Below the pieces are notes generated by a model, which was not told the DNA's origin, did no database searches, and saw only the letters and a program-made list of their open reading frames with translations. From the NCBI GenBank assembly GCA_965365545.1, contig CBDUCB010000001.1, positions 8,649-72,648 on the forward strand: 64,000 nt of DNA. Reading direction: 5' to 3'. The position numbers were made by a program, and so were the translations under genes. Below are positions 1 to 9,352 of the stretch, piece by piece. This DNA comes from an uncultured Roseobacter sp. GTDB lineage: Bacteria > Pseudomonadota > Alphaproteobacteria > Rhodobacterales > Rhodobacteraceae. How positions within the stretch are numbered: position 1 is the first letter of the stretch; each line of letters begins with the position of its first letter.

Positions 1-62
1 AAACTCTGCCCCCGGGCCTCGCTATTTATGGGGAGACCGGCGACCTGCTGTAGCCGGGCGGG

Positions 63-1484
63 TCAGGAGGCTGATCCGCCCACCGTCAGACCGCCGATCA
101 TCAGCGTGGGCTGGCCCACGCCCACCGGCACCCATTGTCCCGCCTTGCCGCAATTGCCCATGCCCGGATCAAGCGCCATGTCGTTGCCGATGGCGCGGAT
201 ATGTTTCAGGGCGGTGGAGCCGTCTCCGATCAGAGTCGCACCGCGCACCGGTGCGCCGACTTTGCCATCCTGCACCCGGTAGGCTTCGGTGCAGGAGAAC
301 ACGAACTTGCCGTTGGTGATATCGACCTGGCCGCCGCCGAAACCGACCGCATAAATGCCGTCCCTGAGGCCGGCGACAATGTCATCGGGAGCCGTGTCGC
401 CCCCCAGCATGTACGTGTTGGTCATCCGCGGCATCGGCGCATGGGCATAGCTCTCGCGCCGCCCGTTTCCGGTGGGGGCGACCCCCATCAGGCGTGCATT
501 CTGGCGGTCCTGCATATAGCCCACAAGTATCCCGTCCTCGATCAGGGTGTTTTTGCCCGAAGGCGTGCCTTCGTCGTCGACAGAGATCGAACCGCGCCGG
601 TCCGGGATCGTGCCGTCATCCAGAACCGTGACCCCGGGGCTGGCAATCTGCTGACCCATCAGTCCGGCGAAAGCCGAAGAGCCTTTGCGGTTAAAATCAC
701 CCTCAAGCCCGTGCCCGATTGCCTCATGCAGCAGGATACCGGGCCATCCCGGGCCAAGCACAACATCCATCACACCGGCCGGAGCAGGTACAGCGCCAAG
801 ATTGACAACCGCGACCCGCAGGGCCTCGCGCGCTTTCGCCTGCCAGTCCTGCGGCGCCAGCAACCCGTCGAGCCCCACGCGCCCGCCGCCGCCCGCTATA
901 CCGGCTTCGCGCCGGCCGTTCTCCTCGACAATCACAGAGACATTCACGCGCGTCATGGGCCGGACATCGCGCACCGACTGCCCGTCCGGACGCAGAATTT
1001 CCACCTCTTGCAGGCTGGCGGCAATCGTGGCCGAGACCTGCACAACCCGCGGGTCAAGATCCCGGGCAAAGGCATCGATCTCGCGCAGGGTTTCGACTTT
1101 TACCGGAAAGGGGGCTCCGGCAATGGGGTCATCGTCGGTATAAAGCCTTGTATTGGTTGCGACGGGCGCATCCGCCCAGGTGCCGCCGCCGTCGCCCACG
1201 GCCAGACGCGCGGTTTCCGCCGCCCTCTTTAACGCGCTTTCGGTTATTTCTGTGGAATGGGCATATCCGGTGACTTCTCCGCGCACAGCGCGCAGGCCGA
1301 ACCCGGCGCCTGCATCGTAACTCGCGGTTCTGAGCCGCCCGTCGTCAAAGACCAGTGCCTCGGAACGGCGGCGCTCCAGAAACAGCTCTCCGTCATCGGC
1401 ACCATCAGTGGCCGCGCGCAGAACCTTCAGAGCCGTCTCCCGGTCCAGCGAATCGTCGAAGGGTGAAAAAGGCGCGTCTTTCAT
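63..1484 (-). CDS. tldD: TldD-type metalloprotease (peptidase U62 family)
   Basis: Translation contains the HEAIGHGLEGD motif and is TldD-like along its full length. I moved the start to the ATG at 1484 (MKDAPFSPF...); the upstream 69 codons of ORF 63..1691 look non-coding. Confidence 0.9.
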   Translation of the reverse strand: MKDAPFSPFDDSLDRETALKVLRAATDGADDGELFLERRRSEALVFDDGRLRTASYDAGAGFGLRAVRGEVTGYAHSTEITESALKRAAETARLAVGDGGGTWADAPVATNTRLYTDDDPIAGAPFPVKVETLREIDAFARDLDPRVVQVSATIAASLQEVEILRPDGQSVRDVRPMTRVNVSVIVEENGRREAGIAGGGGRVGLDGLLAPQDWQAKAREALRVAVVNLGAVPAPAGVMDVVLGPGWPGILLHEAIGHGLEGDFNRKGSSAFAGLMGQQIASPGVTVLDDGTIPDRRGSISVDDEGTPSGKNTLIEDGILVGYMQDRQNARLMGVAPTGNGRRESYAHAPMPRMTNTYMLGGDTAPDDIVAGLRDGIYAVGFGGGQVDITNGKFVFSCTEAYRVQDGKVGAPVRGATLIGDGSTALKHIRAIGNDMALDPGMGNCGKAGQWVPVGVGQPTLMIGGLTVGGSAS

Positions 1485-1677
1485 GGGGCTGGTCCTTTGC
1501 AAAAAGCGGGTAATTTCCGGCTCAGCGTCTGTTTGACGCAAGCTGAAGCCTTTATCTCGTACCCAGAATATGATTGTAAGGATGGCGAATACAACGGGAG
1601 GGCTGATGCGCAACTCAGATCCTTCCCCACAATGCGCAACAATGATCCAGCGATCACCAATCAGATCAGGACGACAC

Positions 1678-2559
1678 ATGAAAAGAATCACATCCCTCGC
1701 AGGCTTTATGGCCGGCCTGACAGCGACCGGTGCTTATGCACAGGACAACCTCGAAATCATCGGGAAACCTGTGGACGGGCTGACCGGGTTTCAGCCCGCT
1801 GTTACCGAACTGGCGCGCGATATCCACAATCTGGACTGGATGCTGCTGGTGATCATCACGATCATCTCGCTCTTTGTGACAGCGCTCATTGCCTGGGTCT
1901 GCATCCGCTACAATGCAAAGCGCAACCCGGAACCCGCGACTTTTACCCACCACACACCCGTTGAGATTGCCTGGACGGTCATCCCGATTGTCATCCTCGT
2001 GTTCATCGGTGCCTATTCGCTGCCGGTTCTGTTCAAACAGCAGGAAATTCCCGAGGGCGACGTCACGATCAAAGTGACCGGATACCAGTGGTACTGGGAT
2101 TACGAATACGTGGATGAGGGCTTTGAGTTTTCTTCCTACATGATCGGTGCACCGGCGACCGGTGGCAACAATGCCAAATCACCCGAGGTGATTCAGCAGC
2201 TTGAAGAGGCCGGGTATTCGGAAGATGAGTTCCTGCTGGCAACCGACACATCTGTCGTTGTGCCTGTTGGCAAAACGATTGTGATGCAGGTCACGGCGGG
2301 CGATGTGATCCACTCCTGGACGATCCCGGCCTTTGGTGTGAAGCAGGACGGTGTGCCCGGTCGTCTGGCTGAACTGTGGTTTAAGGCGGAGCAGGAGGGC
2401 ATTTATTTCGGTCAGTGCTCCGAGCTTTGCGGTCTGAACCATGCTTACATGCCGATCACGGTCAAAGTCGTGTCCGAGGCGGCCTATGCCGAATGGCTGG
2501 CCGGCGCGAAAGAGGAATACGCCGGTATCCCGCAGACCCGCGTACTGGCATCCAACTGA
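1678..2559 (+). CDS. ctaC: cytochrome c oxidase subunit II
   Basis: CuA-site motif CSELCGLNHAYMP, an N-terminal signal-like segment and two TM helices. I moved the start to the ATG at 1678 (MKRITSLAGF...). Confidence 0.9.
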   Translation: MKRITSLAGFMAGLTATGAYAQDNLEIIGKPVDGLTGFQPAVTELARDIHNLDWMLLVIITIISLFVTALIAWVCIRYNAKRNPEPATFTHHTPVEIAWTVIPIVILVFIGAYSLPVLFKQQEIPEGDVTIKVTGYQWYWDYEYVDEGFEFSSYMIGAPATGGNNAKSPEVIQQLEEAGYSEDEFLLATDTSVVVPVGKTIVMQVTAGDVIHSWTIPAFGVKQDGVPGRLAELWFKAEQEGIYFGQCSELCGLNHAYMPITVKVVSEAAYAEWLAGAKEEYAGIPQTRVLASN

Positions 2560-2617
2560 AGCGGGCCGGGCTGTGCGTGTCACAGCCCGTCGCGCCATCT
2601 GCGCCCGAGGCACATGA

Positions 2618-3556
2618 ATGTCTGATGTAAGCTACAACACACCCACAGGGGAATATGACACGCAGCTCGGCGATTATTTCGCCCTGCTCAAGCCGCGCGT
2701 CATGTCGCTGGTGGTGTTCACGGCGCTGGTGGGCCTGATCGCGGCGCCGGTGCCGGTGCATCCGGTCATTGCCTTTGCCTCGATCCTGTTTGTAGCCATC
2801 GGGGCAGGCGCTTCTGGTGCGCTCAATATGTGGTGGGACGCGGATATCGACGCCGTCATGCGGCGCACGGCAAAACGCCCGATCCCGTCGGGCCGGGTGC
2901 CTGCGGGCGAGGCGCTGAGCCTTGGGCTGGCGCTTTCCGGTCTTTCGGTGATGATGCTGGGGCTTGCGGCAAATCTGCTGTCCGCGGCGCTGCTGGCCTT
3001 TACCATCTTCTTCTACGCCGTTGTCTATTCCATGTGGCTGAAACGCGCGACGCCGCAGAACATCGTCATCGGTGGCGCGGCAGGTGCGGTCCCGCCGGTC
3101 ATCGGCTGGGTGATCGCAACGGGAAGCTTTTCGGTCGAGGCCTGGCTGATGTTTGCGCTGATCTTCATGTGGACGCCGCCGCACTTCTGGGCGCTGGCGC
3201 TCTTTATGAAGTCTGATTATGACGACGCGGATGTGCCGATGCTGACCGTGACCCACGGGCGCAAAGTGACTCGCGCACATATTATTGCCTATACAGTGCT
3301 GCTGGCCGTTCTGGCCGTTGGTACGGGCTTTACCGCCATCGGCGGGCCGCTTTATCTGGCGACGGCCGTGGTGCTGAACACGCTTTTTCTGAAAGGTGCT
3401 TACGACATCTGGCGCCGGCCGGAGGAGGCCGCGGTCAAAGACGGCTATGTCGTGGAGAAGAAATTCTTCCGCCTGTCGCTCTGGTATCTGTTTGCCCATT
3501 TCGGCGCGATCCTGTTTGAGGCGGTACTGCGCCCCTTTGGTCTGGGAGGCTGGTAA
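2618..3556 (+). CDS. ctaB: protoheme IX farnesyltransferase (heme O synthase)
   Basis: UbiA-family polytopic protein with the motif NMWWDADIDAVMRRTAKRPIPSG, located inside the cta cluster. Confidence 0.9.
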   Translation: MSDVSYNTPTGEYDTQLGDYFALLKPRVMSLVVFTALVGLIAAPVPVHPVIAFASILFVAIGAGASGALNMWWDADIDAVMRRTAKRPIPSGRVPAGEALSLGLALSGLSVMMLGLAANLLSAALLAFTIFFYAVVYSMWLKRATPQNIVIGGAAGAVPPVIGWVIATGSFSVEAWLMFALIFMWTPPHFWALALFMKSDYDDADVPMLTVTHGRKVTRAHIIAYTVLLAVLAVGTGFTAIGGPLYLATAVVLNTLFLKGAYDIWRRPEEAAVKDGYVVEKKFFRLSLWYLFAHFGAILFEAVLRPFGLGGW

Positions 3557-3559
3557 ACA

Positions 3560-3724
3560 ATGGCACTGCGTCCCGAACACGAGATTCACACACGCCGCCG
3601 CGGACGCAACGTTGGCGTCGGTCTGATGCTTGCAGGCTTTGTGGTGCTGGTGCTGGCGCTGACCTTTACCAAGGTCACCAACGGTGCGTTTGAGTTACCC
3701 CGTGCAGAGGAGCTCACACAGTAA
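3560..3724 (+). CDS. small single-TM membrane protein of the cta cluster (54 aa, not in the ORF track)
   Basis: My own translation is MALRPEHEIHTRRRGRNVGVGLMLAGFVVLVLALTFTKVTNGAFELPRAEELTQ*. It has a basic N-terminus followed by one hydrophobic helix. The ATG lies 4 nt after the ctaB stop, and its TAA overlaps the ctaG ATG (TAATG). Confidence 0.5.
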   Translation: MALRPEHEIHTRRRGRNVGVGLMLAGFVVLVLALTFTKVTNGAFELPRAEELTQ

Positions 3725-4308
3725 TGGCGCTTTCCGGTCCGGCAAAAACAGTGACGCAGACCGTCAGCCTCGTGCTTGTGATGGGCGCGCTGGCCTGGGC
3801 ATCAGTGCCGTTCTACGACTGGTTCTGCCGGGTGACGGGTTTCGGGGGTGTTACGGGCGTCTCTGAAGTGGCCCCTGATGATGTGCTCGATCAGACGATC
3901 AAAATCCGTTTCGACGGCTCTCTGAACAACCGCATGTCCTGGGAATTCAAACCCGTTGTCCGCGAGATGGAAGTGAAGATCGGCGAAACCGGCCTTGCTT
4001 TTTATGAGGCCTATAACCCGACAGATCGCCCCATCGCGGGGTCTGCGAGCTATAACGTCACCCCCTATCAGGCGGGCGGCTTTTTCAACAAGATCCAGTG
4101 TTTCTGCTTTGAAGAGCAGGTGCTCGCCCCCGGGGAGCGGGTGCAGATGCCGGTCACCTTCTATGTCGATCCGGAAATCGTCGGTGACCGCGACGGACAG
4201 TATATACACACCATCACACTGTCCTATACATTCTACGAAATTGATCTGCCTGAAGGTTATGCCGCGGTGGACGATGCCAATACCAACTCAGACACAAGTC
4301 TGAACTGA
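3724..4308 (+). CDS. ctaG: cytochrome c oxidase assembly protein CtaG/Cox11 (copper insertion)
   Basis: Cox11-like sequence with the CFCFEEQ copper-binding motif and an N-terminal TM anchor. Confidence 0.9.
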   Translation: MALSGPAKTVTQTVSLVLVMGALAWASVPFYDWFCRVTGFGGVTGVSEVAPDDVLDQTIKIRFDGSLNNRMSWEFKPVVREMEVKIGETGLAFYEAYNPTDRPIAGSASYNVTPYQAGGFFNKIQCFCFEEQVLAPGERVQMPVTFYVDPEIVGDRDGQYIHTITLSYTFYEIDLPEGYAAVDDANTNSDTSLN

Positions 4309-4333
4309 CCAGGATAAGGTAAGGGACGCACAT

Positions 4334-5140
4334 ATGGCCCATGAAAAGAACCACGACTATCACATTCTGAACCCCTCGATCTGGCCGTTTCTGGGCGCGC
4401 TGGCGGGCTTTATCATGCTCTTTGGTGCGGTGCTCTGGATGCAGGATGTCACGCCCTTCATGTTCTGGATCGGCTTTGTGGGCGTGCTTTATGTCATGTT
4501 CGCCTGGTGGTCCGAGGTGGTCACCGAAAGCAAGGTGGGCGATCACACGCCCGTCGTCCGGATCGGCCTGCGCTATGGCTTTATCCTCTTCATCATGTCC
4601 GAAGTGATGTTCTTCGCGGCCTGGTTCTGGAGCTTTTTCAAACACGCCATCTACCCGATGAACGAATACGTCGGCTCGGAATACATCCCGCCGGAGATCT
4701 ATCAGGTGGACGCGCTGCACCTGCCGCTGATCAACACGCTGGTGCTGCTGCTGTCGGGATGTGCGGTCACATGGGCGCACCACGCTCTGGTGCATGAGAA
4801 TAACCGCAAGGACCTGATCTGGGGTCTGGCGATCTCTATTATCCTCGGCGTGCTCTTCACGGCCCTGCAGGCCTATGAGTATTCCTATCTGCTCTATCAG
4901 GGATGGGAGTTCGGCGGCGACAAGTTCTTCTCCAACTTCTTCATGGCGACAGGCTTTCACGGCGCGCATGTGATCATCGGGACAATCTTTCTTACGGTCT
5001 GTCTGATACGTGCGATGAAAGGGCATTTCACGCCTGAAAAGCACGTCGGTTTCGAGGCAGCGGCCTGGTACTGGCACTTTGTGGATGTGGTCTGGCTCTT
5101 CCTCTTCTTCGCCGTTTACATGTGGGGTGTGCCGGGCTGA
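4334..5140 (+). CDS. ctaE: cytochrome c oxidase subunit III
   Basis: Seven-TM Cox3-like sequence ([28 protein letters not shown]). Confidence 0.9.
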   Translation: MAHEKNHDYHILNPSIWPFLGALAGFIMLFGAVLWMQDVTPFMFWIGFVGVLYVMFAWWSEVVTESKVGDHTPVVRIGLRYGFILFIMSEVMFFAAWFWSFFKHAIYPMNEYVGSEYIPPEIYQVDALHLPLINTLVLLLSGCAVTWAHHALVHENNRKDLIWGLAISIILGVLFTALQAYEYSYLLYQGWEFGGDKFFSNFFMATGFHGAHVIIGTIFLTVCLIRAMKGHFTPEKHVGFEAAAWYWHFVDVVWLFLFFAVYMWGVPG

Positions 5141-5184
5141 ACCACACGCCTTGCAATCCCGCCCGGGGCACGTAAAAAGCCAAC

Positions 5185-5216
5185 GGCGCGCGCAGCGATG
5201 CGCGCGCCTTGTTTTT
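5185..5216 (+). terminator. rho-independent terminator after ctaE
   Basis: Perfect 10-bp GC stem GGCGCGCGCA / TGCGCGCGCC with loop GCGA, followed by TTGTTTTT. Confidence 0.6.
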
Positions 5217-5232
5217 GGGGAGCGTAGGATAA

Positions 5233-5913
5233 ATGCGACGACTTGCATTCCTGCTGATCTTTGGTCTGGGCGGGGCGGCCCTCCTGACCGGTCTCGGCAT
5301 CTGGCAGGTGCAGCGTCTTGCGTGGAAAGAGGCGATCATTGATGAGATCGATGCCGCGATCCTCGCCGACCCGGTCGCTTTGCCCGAAACACCTGATCCG
5401 GCGCGCGACGCCTACCTTCCGGTGCAGGTAACCGGCACGCTGGGCGCCGGTTACCTGCGGGTGCTGGTCTCGAAAAAACAGGTGGGTGCAGGCTACCGTA
5501 TCATTCGGCCGATGCTGCATGATACCGGGCCGTTGCTTGTGGATCTCGGCTTTGTTTCCGTGGCTGATGCTGACGGGCTCAGCTTCGAAGAGGGGCCGCC
5601 CGTCACCATTACCGGTAATCTGCAGTGGCCGCAGGAGACCGACAGCTTCACCCCGCCACCCGACACCGGTAAAAACATCTGGTTTGCGCGCGACGTCTCC
5701 GCCATGGCGGATGCCCTGAACACACGGCCCGTCCTGGTCGTAAGACGTGACGTGCCGTTTCCGGACAGCCCGCTGACGGCAATGCCGGTGGACACCAGCG
5801 CAATTCCGAACGATCACTTGCAATACGCGATCACGTGGTTCTCTCTGGCCGCGATCTGGATTGCGATGACTGCCTTCTTCCTGCGTCGCGGCTCCGCGGC
5901 CAACCGGACCTGA
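5233..5913 (+). CDS. SURF1 family cytochrome oxidase biogenesis protein
   Basis: SURF1-like architecture with N- and C-terminal TM helices and the motif NDHLQYAITWFSLA, located next to the cta genes. Confidence 0.8.
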   Translation: MRRLAFLLIFGLGGAALLTGLGIWQVQRLAWKEAIIDEIDAAILADPVALPETPDPARDAYLPVQVTGTLGAGYLRVLVSKKQVGAGYRIIRPMLHDTGPLLVDLGFVSVADADGLSFEEGPPVTITGNLQWPQETDSFTPPPDTGKNIWFARDVSAMADALNTRPVLVVRRDVPFPDSPLTAMPVDTSAIPNDHLQYAITWFSLAAIWIAMTAFFLRRGSAANRT

Positions 5914-5917
5914 CCCC

Positions 5918-7306
5918 ATGCGATACATCTCGACCCGCGGCACAGCCCCCGTTCTGAATTTTGAAGAGGCAATGCTCACGGGCCTTGCCCGCGACGGCGG
6001 GCTGTATGTGCCGGAGACGATCCCGCAGATGACCGGCAACGAAATTGCCGCTCTGGAGGGGCTGAGCTATGAGGCAATCGCTTACCGGGTGATGCGGCCT
6101 TTTGTAGGTGATGTATTTACCGACGATGAATTCGAGGGGATCATCGACCGCGCTTATGCAGGTTTTGGTCATGCTGCCCGCGCGCCGCTGAAACAACTCG
6201 ACCAGGGGCATTTCCTGCTGGAACTTTTCCACGGACCGACGCTGGCGTTCAAAGACTTTGCCATGCAGCTCATCGGCCAGATGTTCCAGACCGCTTTGGG
6301 GCGCAAGGGTGAGCGCGTCACGATTGTGGGGGCTACATCCGGCGATACCGGGTCGGCGGCGATTGAAGCGTTCCGCGGGCTCGACAATGTGGATGTGTTT
6401 ATCATGTACCCGCACGGGCGCATCTCGGAAGTGCAGCGCCGCCAGATGACCACCCCGCAGGAAAGCAATGTGCACGCGCTTGCCATGGACGGAGATTTTG
6501 ACGCCTGCCAGGCGCGGCTCAAAGATATGTTCAATGACTTTGAGTTCCGCGACGGCGTGCGGCTCGCAGGTGTGAATTCGATCAACTGGGGACGGGTGCT
6601 GGCGCAGGTCGTGTATTACTTCTCTTCCGCTGTCGCTCTGGGTGCACCGCACCGGTCCGTAAGCTTTACCGTGCCTACAGGTAACTTCGGTGACATCTTT
6701 GCCGGCTACATCGCCAAGCGGATGGGGCTGCCCGTCGATCGCCTGGTCGTAGCGACCAATCAGAACGACATTCTGCATCGCTGCCTGTCGGGGCAGGGGT
6801 ATCACAAGGGCGAGACGGTGCCTTCGATCAGCCCGTCGATGGACATTCAGGTCAGCTCAAACTTTGAACGCGCGCTTTTTGATGCCTATGACCGGGAAGC
6901 GCCGGCCGTGGTGCAGCTGATGGACGAGCTGAAAGCAGGTGGCTTTGATGTAAGCCAGGGGGCGATGCAGGTTCTGCAGTCGCATTACAGCTCCGGGCGC
7001 GTATCTGAGGCGGAAACCTCGGCCACGATCACCTCAGAGCTGAAAGCCAGCGGTGAGCTGCTCTGTCCGCACTCTGCGGTCGGTGTCTGTGTGGCACAGG
7101 CGCAGCGCAAGACCGGCACGCCAATGATCACCCTGGCAACCGCGCACCCGGCGAAATTCCCCGATGCGGTTGAGCAGGCCTCGGGCATCCGCCCGCCCTT
7201 GCCCCCGCGCATGGCTGACCTGTATGAACGCAGCGAGAGGGTGAGCAGGGTGCCGGATGATCTGGAAGCTCTGAAGGGGTTTATCAGGGAGACTATCTCA
7301 GCGTGA
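5918..7306 (+). CDS. thrC: threonine synthase
   Basis: Full-length ThrC similarity, with a PLP-lysine region FHGPTLAFKDFA. Confidence 0.9.
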   Translation: MRYISTRGTAPVLNFEEAMLTGLARDGGLYVPETIPQMTGNEIAALEGLSYEAIAYRVMRPFVGDVFTDDEFEGIIDRAYAGFGHAARAPLKQLDQGHFLLELFHGPTLAFKDFAMQLIGQMFQTALGRKGERVTIVGATSGDTGSAAIEAFRGLDNVDVFIMYPHGRISEVQRRQMTTPQESNVHALAMDGDFDACQARLKDMFNDFEFRDGVRLAGVNSINWGRVLAQVVYYFSSAVALGAPHRSVSFTVPTGNFGDIFAGYIAKRMGLPVDRLVVATNQNDILHRCLSGQGYHKGETVPSISPSMDIQVSSNFERALFDAYDREAPAVVQLMDELKAGGFDVSQGAMQVLQSHYSSGRVSEAETSATITSELKASGELLCPHSAVGVCVAQAQRKTGTPMITLATAHPAKFPDAVEQASGIRPPLPPRMADLYERSERVSRVPDDLEALKGFIRETISA

Positions 7307-8565
7307 CAGTAGAACAGCACCGTCTGGCCAACGGATTTCGTATCGTGACCGAACATATGCCGGGGCTCGCCTCGGCCTCCGTCGGGGTCTGGGTGACCGC
7401 CGGCGCGCGGCATGAAAAGCCCGGACAGAACGGCATCGCCCATTTCCTTGAGCATATGGCGTTCAAGGGCACAAAGCGGCGTTCGGCGTTGCAGATTGCG
7501 GAAAGTATTGAGGATGTGGGCGGCTATATAAATGCCTACACGAGCCGTGAGGTGACGGCCTATTACGCACGTGTGCTGGAAAACGACGTGCCGCTGGCGC
7601 TGGATGTAATCTCGGATATTCTGCTGAACCCGACGCTGGAAAAGGCGGAGATTGAAGTTGAGCGCGGCGTGATCCTGCAGGAGATTGGTCAGGCTCTGGA
7701 CACCCCCGATGACGTGATTTTTGACTGGCTTCAGGAAGAGGCCTATCCCGATCATCCGATGGGCCGCACGATTTTGGGGCCAGCGGAGCGGGTATCTGCA
7801 TTTACCCGGGCGGATCTGAAGAAATTCATCACTCAGCATTACGGGCCTGAGCAGATGATCCTGTCAGCGGCCGGTGCCGTAGATCACGAAGCGATTGTCC
7901 GGCTTGCCGAAGAGCTCTTCGGAGAGATGGAAGTGCGCCCTGCTGCCACAGTGAAGGCCGCGCAGTTTTCCGGTGGTGAGCGGCGCCAGGTCAAAGCGCT
8001 GGAGCAGGCCCATTTTGCGATGGCCTTTGAGAGCCCCGGATACCGCGACAATGCGATCTACACAGCTCAGATCTATGCGTCCGCCCTTGGCGGGGGGATG
8101 TCCAGCCGGCTCTTTCAGGAGATCCGCGAAAACCGCGGGCTGTGTTATTCCATCTTTGCCCAGGCCGGGGCCTATGCCGATACCGGCATGACCACGATCT
8201 ATGCCGGCACCTCGGCGGCGCGGCTTTCGCAGCTCGCGGAGATCACCATCGATGAGATGAAGCGCGCGGCCGGAGACATGTCGCCGGCTGAGGTGGCCCG
8301 CGCGCGGGTACAGATGAAAGCGGGTCTGCTGATGGGGCTGGAGAGCCCGTCCAACCGCGCCGAACGGCTCGCACGGCTGGTGCAGATCTGGGACCGGGTG
8401 CCGCCACTTGAGGAAACCGTAGAGCTCATTGATGCGGTCACGACCGGGGATGTGCGCGAGTTTGCTGAAGGTATGGCTTCTGCCGCGCCTGCGGCTATGG
8501 CGCTTTATGGTCCGGTTGAAGACGCGCCGACGCTTGAGCGGTTGCAGGAGCGCCGGGCGGCCTGA
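7303..8565 (+). CDS. M16 family zinc peptidase (pitrilysin/insulinase-like)
   Basis: Inverted zinc motif HFLEHMAFKGT. The GTG start overlaps the thrC stop (GTGA). Confidence 0.85.
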   Translation: MTVEQHRLANGFRIVTEHMPGLASASVGVWVTAGARHEKPGQNGIAHFLEHMAFKGTKRRSALQIAESIEDVGGYINAYTSREVTAYYARVLENDVPLALDVISDILLNPTLEKAEIEVERGVILQEIGQALDTPDDVIFDWLQEEAYPDHPMGRTILGPAERVSAFTRADLKKFITQHYGPEQMILSAAGAVDHEAIVRLAEELFGEMEVRPAATVKAAQFSGGERRQVKALEQAHFAMAFESPGYRDNAIYTAQIYASALGGGMSSRLFQEIRENRGLCYSIFAQAGAYADTGMTTIYAGTSAARLSQLAEITIDEMKRAAGDMSPAEVARARVQMKAGLLMGLESPSNRAERLARLVQIWDRVPPLEETVELIDAVTTGDVREFAEGMASAAPAAMALYGPVEDAPTLERLQERRAA

Positions 8566-9149
8566 TGCTGCGCGGCTTTCGCAAACTGAAGATAGAAACG
8601 GAGCGGATGACGCTGCGCCCGCCGGTGCATTCAGATTTCCGGGCCTGGTCTGTGCTGCGCGCGCAAAGCGTTGACTACCTGCGGTCATGGGAGCCGAGCT
8701 GGGCGGATGATCATCTGACACGCAAGGCCTTTACCAACCGGGTCTACTGGGCACAGCGGTCGGTCTCGGGTGGGACGGCCCTGCCGCTTTTCCTGATCCG
8801 GCGCAGCGATACTGTGCTGCTGGGTGCTATTACGCTCGACAATATCCGGCGCGGTCCTGCTCAGGCCGGCACGCTGGGATACTGGACCGGCGAGCCCTTT
8901 GCGCGCCAGGGCTATATGCGCGAAGCGATCACAGCACTTGTACATCACGCTTTTACGCGTCTTGACCTGAGCCGGATCGAGGCGGCATGCCTGCCGGAGA
9001 ACGCGGCCTCCCGCGGATTGCTGGAAACCTCCGGGTTCAAGTATGAGGGTGTGGCGCAAAGTTATCTGCAGATTGACGGGCGCTGGCGTACGCATGTGCT
9101 TTATGCAGCCCTGCGCGGCGACAGGCGTGGCAAAGCCGCGGCCTCCTGA
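8565..9149 (+). CDS. GNAT family N-acetyltransferase (RimJ/RimL-like)
   Basis: GNAT-fold sequence (GYWTGEPFARQGYMREA...). The ATG overlaps the peptidase stop by 1 nt (TGATG). Confidence 0.8.
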   Translation: MLRGFRKLKIETERMTLRPPVHSDFRAWSVLRAQSVDYLRSWEPSWADDHLTRKAFTNRVYWAQRSVSGGTALPLFLIRRSDTVLLGAITLDNIRRGPAQAGTLGYWTGEPFARQGYMREAITALVHHAFTRLDLSRIEAACLPENAASRGLLETSGFKYEGVAQSYLQIDGRWRTHVLYAALRGDRRGKAAAS

Positions 9150-9190
9150 GACCTTTCTGTTAAACTGGGCGGCTGCGCCGCACGACAGGC

Positions 9191-9236
9191 CCCGGTCCCT
9201 TTCCTGCGGAACGGGACCGGGATGCGCCTTCGGCGC
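9191..9236 (+). terminator. two tandem hairpins downstream of the GNAT gene
   Basis: First hairpin is CCCGGTCCC...GGGACCGGG (9191-9221). Second is GCGCC-TTC-GGCGC (9224-9236), followed a few nt later by CTTTT. The T-tract is weak. Confidence 0.4.
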
Positions 9237-9352
9237 GCGTACTTTTGCCGTAAGATGAGGCAGTTGACCGCGGGATCTATGCGGCGACGTGGTCAGGGTG
9301 CTGATTTTATATCGGTGTGCGCTATTGTCTTTATCGACAAGGGGGACTGACC

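Noticed and set aside
1643-1656. Reading the ctaC-proximal dyad as an FNR/FnrL box.
   Set aside because: The canonical FNR site is TTGAT-N4-ATCAA. Here the arms are TGATC/GATCA, so it does not fit, and I report it only as an unassigned dyad.
2462-6805. Minus-strand ORFs of 307-375 aa (2462..3589, 4214..5248, 5116..6039, 5831..6805).
   Set aside because: They are antisense to ctaB, ctaE, SURF1 and thrC, all of which have strong family signatures. These are shadow ORFs.
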